Shown here piece by piece: positions 54,790 through 64,000 of a stretch of DNA of 64,000 nucleotides. Within the stretch, counting starts at the first letter, position 1, and each line of letters starts with the position of its first letter. This DNA comes from Eledone cirrhosa. Lineage: Eukaryota. Where the stretch lies: positions 33,590-97,589 of the forward strand of contig CAXHJY010000057.1 of NCBI GenBank assembly GCA_964016885.1, given 5' to 3'. A program made the translations under genes and the position numbers. The notes under the pieces were generated by a model. The model ran no database searches, was not told the origin of the DNA, and saw only the letters and a program-made list of their open reading frames with translations.

Positions 54790-55450
54790 AAGAATCTGAG
54801 AATTATAGAACTGGAGAATTGGAGAACTGAGGAACTGAAGAATGTAAAGAACTGCAGAATTGGTGAACTGAAGAATTGGAGAATTGAAAAATTGGATAAC
54901 TAGAGAACTGCAGAATTGGCGAACTAGAGAATTATAGAACTGAAGAACTGCAGAAGTGGTGAATTGGAGAATTGAGGAACTGAAGAATTGATGAACATAA
55001 GAATTGGAGAATTGAAGAATTAGAGAATTGAAGAATTGGATAACTAGAGAATTATAGAACTGAAGAACTGCAGAAGTGGAGAATTGGAGAATTGAGGAAC
55101 TGAAGAATTGATGAACATAAGAATTGGAGAATTGAAGAATTGGATAACTAGAGAATTATAGAACTGAAGAACTGCAGAAGTGGTGAATTGGAGAATTGGA
55201 GAATTGAGGAACTGAAGAATTGATGAACATAAGAATTGAAGAATTGGCGAACTAGAGAATTATAGAACTGAAGAACTGTAGAATTGGTGAATTTGAGAAT
55301 TGAAGAATTGATTGAAGAATTGAACAATTGAGGAACTGAAGAATTGGTGAACATAAGAATTGGAGAACTGAAGAACTGTAGAATTAGGGAACTGGAATGG
55401 AGAACTGGAATGGGGAACTGGAATGGGGAACTGGAATGGAGAACTGGAAT
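54790..55450. repeat. 8-mer-based (GAATTGGA/GAACTGAA) minisatellite with higher-order units
   Basis: Direct reading. Confidence 0.9.
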
Positions 55451-55607
55451 AGGACGACATACGAATTGGACAATTGGATAATTAGGTCAAATAAGTTTCC
55501 AAAGAAGAGTCGCCATTGTGGTTGTCATCCAGGAATCTGATGAATGTTCTAATAATTGTTCCCCGCCCACCATTATTGACTTTTAACTGGTCACATTTAA
55601 AACAGAT

Positions 55608-56530
55608 CATGGTAGAACTGGTGATGGTAGAACTGGTGGTGGTTGCGGTGGTGGTGGTGTTGGTGTTGGTGACAGTGGAGATGTTAGTGGTGGTGATGAT
55701 GGTGGTAGAACTGGTGATGGTGGTGGTGGTGGTGGTGGTGGTGGTGGTGGTGGTAGAACTGGTGATGGTGTGGTGGTGGTGGTTGTGGCGGTGGCGGTGG
55801 CGGTGACAGTGGAGATGTTAGTGGTGGTGATGTTGATGGTGGTAGAACTGGTGATGGTGGTGGTGGTGGTGGTGGTGTTGGTGACAGTGGAGATGTTAGT
55901 GGTGGTGATGTTGATGGTGGTAGAACTGGTGGTAGAACTGGTGATGGTGGTGGTGGTGTTGGTGACAGTGGAGATGTTAGTGGTGGTGATGATGGTGGTA
56001 GAACTGGTGGTGGTGGCGGCGGTGGTGGTGGTGGTGTTGGTGACAGTGGAGATGTTAGTGGTGGTGATGATGGTGGTAGAACTGGTGGTGGTGGTTGCGG
56101 TGGTGGTGGTGACAGTGGAGATGTTAGTGGTGGTGATGATGGTGGTAGAACTGGTGATGGTGGTGGTGGTGGTGGTTGTGGTGACAGTGGAGATGTTAGT
56201 GGTGGTGGTGATGGTGGTAGAACTGGTGATGGTGGTGGTGGTGGTGGTGGTGTTGGTGACAGTGGAGATGTTAGTGGTGGTGATGATGGTGGTAGAACTG
56301 GTGATGGTGGTGGTGATGGTTGTGGTGACAGTGGAGAGGTTAGCGGTGGTGATGACGATGGTGGTAAAACTGGTGATGGTGGTGATGGCGGTGGTGGTGA
56401 CAGTGGAGCTGTTATTGGTGGTGACGATGGTGGTAGAACTGGTGATGGTGGTGACAGTGAAGATGTTGGTGGTGGTGATGATTACTATGGAGCAGTTAAT
56501 GGTGTTGGTAACGGCGGTGGTGTGATGATG
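55608..56530. repeat. (GGT)n-based minisatellite, ~65-80 bp unit
   Basis: gtgacagtggagatgttagtggtggtgatg..gtagaactg repeated about 11 times. Confidence 0.9.
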
Positions 56531-56603
56531 ATGGTGGTTGGTAGTGATAATACAACCAAATAAATGCAAAACAAATTTCGATTCGATTTTATAATCAAAT
56601 CAG

Positions 56604-56651
<48 letters not shown>

Positions 56652-56781
56652 AAACATATATGTATAACAAAATTCAAACGATTTAAAAACTAAATTTTCC
56701 ATCTATGTATTTAATTTTATATATATATATATGTACATAAAATACTTACATACGTGTAAATGTTTTTGCGCATAATTATGC

Positions 56782-56857
<76 letters not shown>

Positions 56858-56999
56858 ATATATATGCACACGTACATAAATAGACATACATACATCACAC
56901 ACACTTACGCAAACAACAACACAACAGAAAATACATACATACATTATATATATATATATATATACACATATATATATACACACACATATATATATACAA

Positions 57000-57225
57000 A
57001 TATATAGAATATGCTTCAATCATATATATGAATACACACACACACATATATATACACATATATAGAATATGCTTCAATTATATATATATATACACACACA
57101 TACTCATATATAGAATATGCTTCAATCATATATATATACACACACACATATATATATACACTTATATAGAATATGCTTCAATCATATATATATACACTTA
57201 TATAGAATATGCTTCAATCATATAT
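57000..57225. repeat. tatagaatatgcttcaat repeat x5 with variable microsatellite spacers
   Basis: Direct reading. Confidence 0.85.
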
Positions 57226-57229
57226 ATAT

Positions 57230-57295
<66 letters not shown>

Positions 57296-57606
57296 TAGAC
57301 ACATACACAAAATATAAATCTTTCATGGAAATGTAGGAAAAAATATAAGGAATTCGCAGACATAAGAAAAAGGACAAAGGACGTTCTATGAATACAGAAA
57401 CGTCTTAGAAAGGAATTTTTCAAGGAGGACATAAGAGATTTTCGATGCTAACCATTTGTGTAGGTCGTAGACTTGCAGAAACAATAGAGCTACCAGCTGT
57501 CAGGATCCAGTTGAACTTGCAATGATAAGGAGACGAGTGTCTCACAGAACTGCACATATTATCACCATCTGCATGTTTACTGTCTCTCTCTCTATCTATA
57601 TATATG

Positions 57607-57796
<190 letters not shown>

Positions 57797-57797
57797 T

Positions 57798-58804
57798 AAC
57801 TTTGAAATGTTTTGGCCAGTATTGGCCCAGGCCATGTCTAACTTAATAGCACCACCTGGCGAAGTCTTTCAATTCAGAATTTGGGCACCATGGCCCATTC
57901 GAGAACAGAATTACTGTTTGCGGAGACATATCCGGGTGTGGGTGGTTTGTCCGGGATTACTTGGAGGAATTTGTCCAAAGACTTCTTGAATTTTGTGTGG
58001 TCAGTTTCTGTTTTGACGTGTCCTGGTGTGATGTTGAAGAGAGCAGGGCCGATTGAGGTGAAATAATTGTGCCGTATTGTTGTTATGAGTTGCGATTTAG
58101 ATTTTTGAATGGGACGGATAGCACGGGGCCCAAGCCTTGGGTGTATCTTGAAGGCGATGCCAACATCATTTGGGCAGTGATGATGGAACATTTTCCACAT
58201 CATGCAGATAATATAACGCTCACGGCGACGTTGGAGTGAGTAAAGTTTCAGGTTTTCCAATCGACCCCAGTAGTCAAGGTCTGACATGCCATCTATCTTT
58301 TTCGTGATTGCCCTTTGAGGAGCTTCAAGTTTCATGATACTTTGTTTCGTGTGGGGAGACCACAGTGGACAACAGTATTCAAGGTGTGGTCGGGCGAAAG
58401 TAGAGAAGAGAAGGATAATGGTGCGGGAATCTCTCGACTGGAAGGTTCTGAGGATCCAGGAACACATTCTGCGGGCCATGTCAACTTTGCTGCTTATATG
58501 CGTGGTCCAGCTTATGTTGCTGTCCACGGTTACTCCCAAGTCTCTGATGTTGTTAGATGCCACGAGAGTTTCCCCGGAGGGAAGGGAGTACGGGAGTTTC
58601 AGAGCATCCTCTTTTCCAAAGTGGATCAGTTCGAATTTGTCTTCGTTCAGTAACATGTTGTTCTTTTCTGCCATTGGGTAACAGCCAGTAGGTCTGACTG
58701 AAGGCTTATCCGGTCATCCACGCCATTGATGACCTTTTGGAGCTTGGAATCATCAGCGAAAATTTTAATGTTGCTGTGTTTGATGATGTCAGTGATGTCA
58801 TTAA

Positions 58805-58808
<4 letters not shown>
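57798..58808 (-). mobile_element. 5'-truncated CR1-like LINE (RT C-terminal half and 3' UTR), one frameshift
   Basis: [23 protein letters not shown]...[11 protein letters not shown] / [12 protein letters not shown]...RDLGVTVD...RPHLEYCCPLWSPH...LEAPQR...LKLYSLQRRRER. Apparent 1-nt deletion at ~58672. Confidence 0.9.
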
Positions 58809-62922
<4,114 letters not shown>

Positions 62923-62924
62923 AA

Positions 62925-63520
62925 CTCCATTATCTGCCATAGTATATGTAAGAAAATATAGAAGTCTTATCTTTTATCAGACAGATTACCGTTTATTAGT
63001 ATATTATATTAGAGATAGAAATATATATTGTAAAGAAAACTCTCTCTTTCTCTCTCTATGTATATATATATTTTTTATCTCTTTCTCTTATTTTCAAGTA
63101 TATTTTTTGACCGGCCACCTTCCTGTGGCAAGGTTGTATAAGAAAAGAAATTGTCATCCCTTGAATCGCAAGAATGTTTTGCAAATGTTGAAGGTGCCAG
63201 CTATCGCAACCATTTGTAGACCATGAATTAGGGAGCTGCGCTCTTTGTCCGCAAATCCAAGTTCAGTCATACTTTGGTCCAAGCGGGTTGGTATATAAGC
63301 CGTAGCACCAATAATGATGGGTATGAAGCTAAAGGTGTATCTTGGATACTGGATTGTAAACTCCCCATCAATGGTCCGTAGATGTCCTCCTTCTCCTGTA
63401 TTTTTCTGACAACGTTTACACCAAGTGGGCAGCTGATCTCCACAACAGAACACGTTTTCAATGTGTGGTCCCAAACAACAATATCAGGCCGGTTGTGCTT
63501 TAATTTGGTGGCAGTTTTTA
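62925..63520 (-). mobile_element. RLE-type (R4/NeSL-like) non-LTR retrotransposon 3' fragment
   Basis: IKTATKLKHNRPDIVVWD..KTCSVVEISCP...KIQEKEDIYGPL / YPRYTFSFIPIIIGA...[21 protein letters not shown]-(D/E)-K nuclease motif, frameshift near 63350. Confidence 0.85.
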
Positions 63521-63723
63521 TGTATGTATGTATGTATGTATGTATGTATGTATGTATGTATGTATGTATGTATGTATGTATGTATGTATGTGTGTGTGTG
63601 TGTGTGTATATATATGCGTATGTGCGTGTGTGCGTGTGTGCGTGTGTGCGTATGTATGTATGTATGTATGTATGTATGTATGTACGTACGTGTGTGTCTG
63701 TGTGTGTGTGAGCAGTATATATT

Positions 63724-63759
<36 letters not shown>

Positions 63760-63925
63760 CATAGATATAATATAAATACATGCACCTCACACTTTATATA
63801 GTCATGAGTATATAATCACTTATATGCATATCTATATACTCATACATATACATATAATACATATATATATACACATATATATATAGACACACATACACAT
63901 AAATACACACACATTATATATATAG

Positions 63926-63967
<42 letters not shown>

Positions 63968-64000
63968 ACAGACACACACACCCATATTCCTTTGTGTCTA

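Noticed and set aside
57000-57225. CRISPR-like repeat-spacer look (also 28238-28630 and 39195-39430)
   Set aside because: Spacers are variable-length microsatellite, there are no cas genes, and the context is eukaryotic.
57848-57864. CTCF-like GCACCACCTGGCG
   Set aside because: It lies inside the CR1 3' UTR and there is no independent support.
57874-58674. 266-aa ORF as a host gene
   Set aside because: It is the frameshifted C-terminal part of a LINE reverse transcriptase.

Overview
Eukaryotic, very AT- and microsatellite-rich non-coding DNA. The SINE/LINE repertoire and repeat density suggest a coleoid cephalopod, probably an octopod (inference, not verified). No intact host protein-coding exon is recognisable, and almost all ORFs in the supplied track are translations of simple repeats. 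Real protein homology is limited to retroelement remnants: a CR1-like RT 3' fragment, two restriction-like-endonuclease (R4/Dong/NeSL-type) 3' fragments, Tx1/L1-like 3' ends, degenerate Penelope GIY-YIG pieces and a possible Tc1-like remnant. The window also holds about 20 tRNA-derived SINE copies or fragments, MITE-like elements, an orphan RTE-type 5' UTR and several minisatellites. The most notable signals are: (i) six minimal type-I hammerhead ribozyme motifs, four well formed in two sequence families; (ii) a textbook recursive-splicing 'AG|GTAAGT' zero-length-exon motif on the minus strand at ~9673, suggesting the window lies in a very long intron; (iii) repeated (TA)n-centred fold-back duplications and inverted SINE pairs; (iv) short unique islands carrying ETS/YY1/E-box/CTCF-like motifs. 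All calls were made by eye, without searches or folding software.
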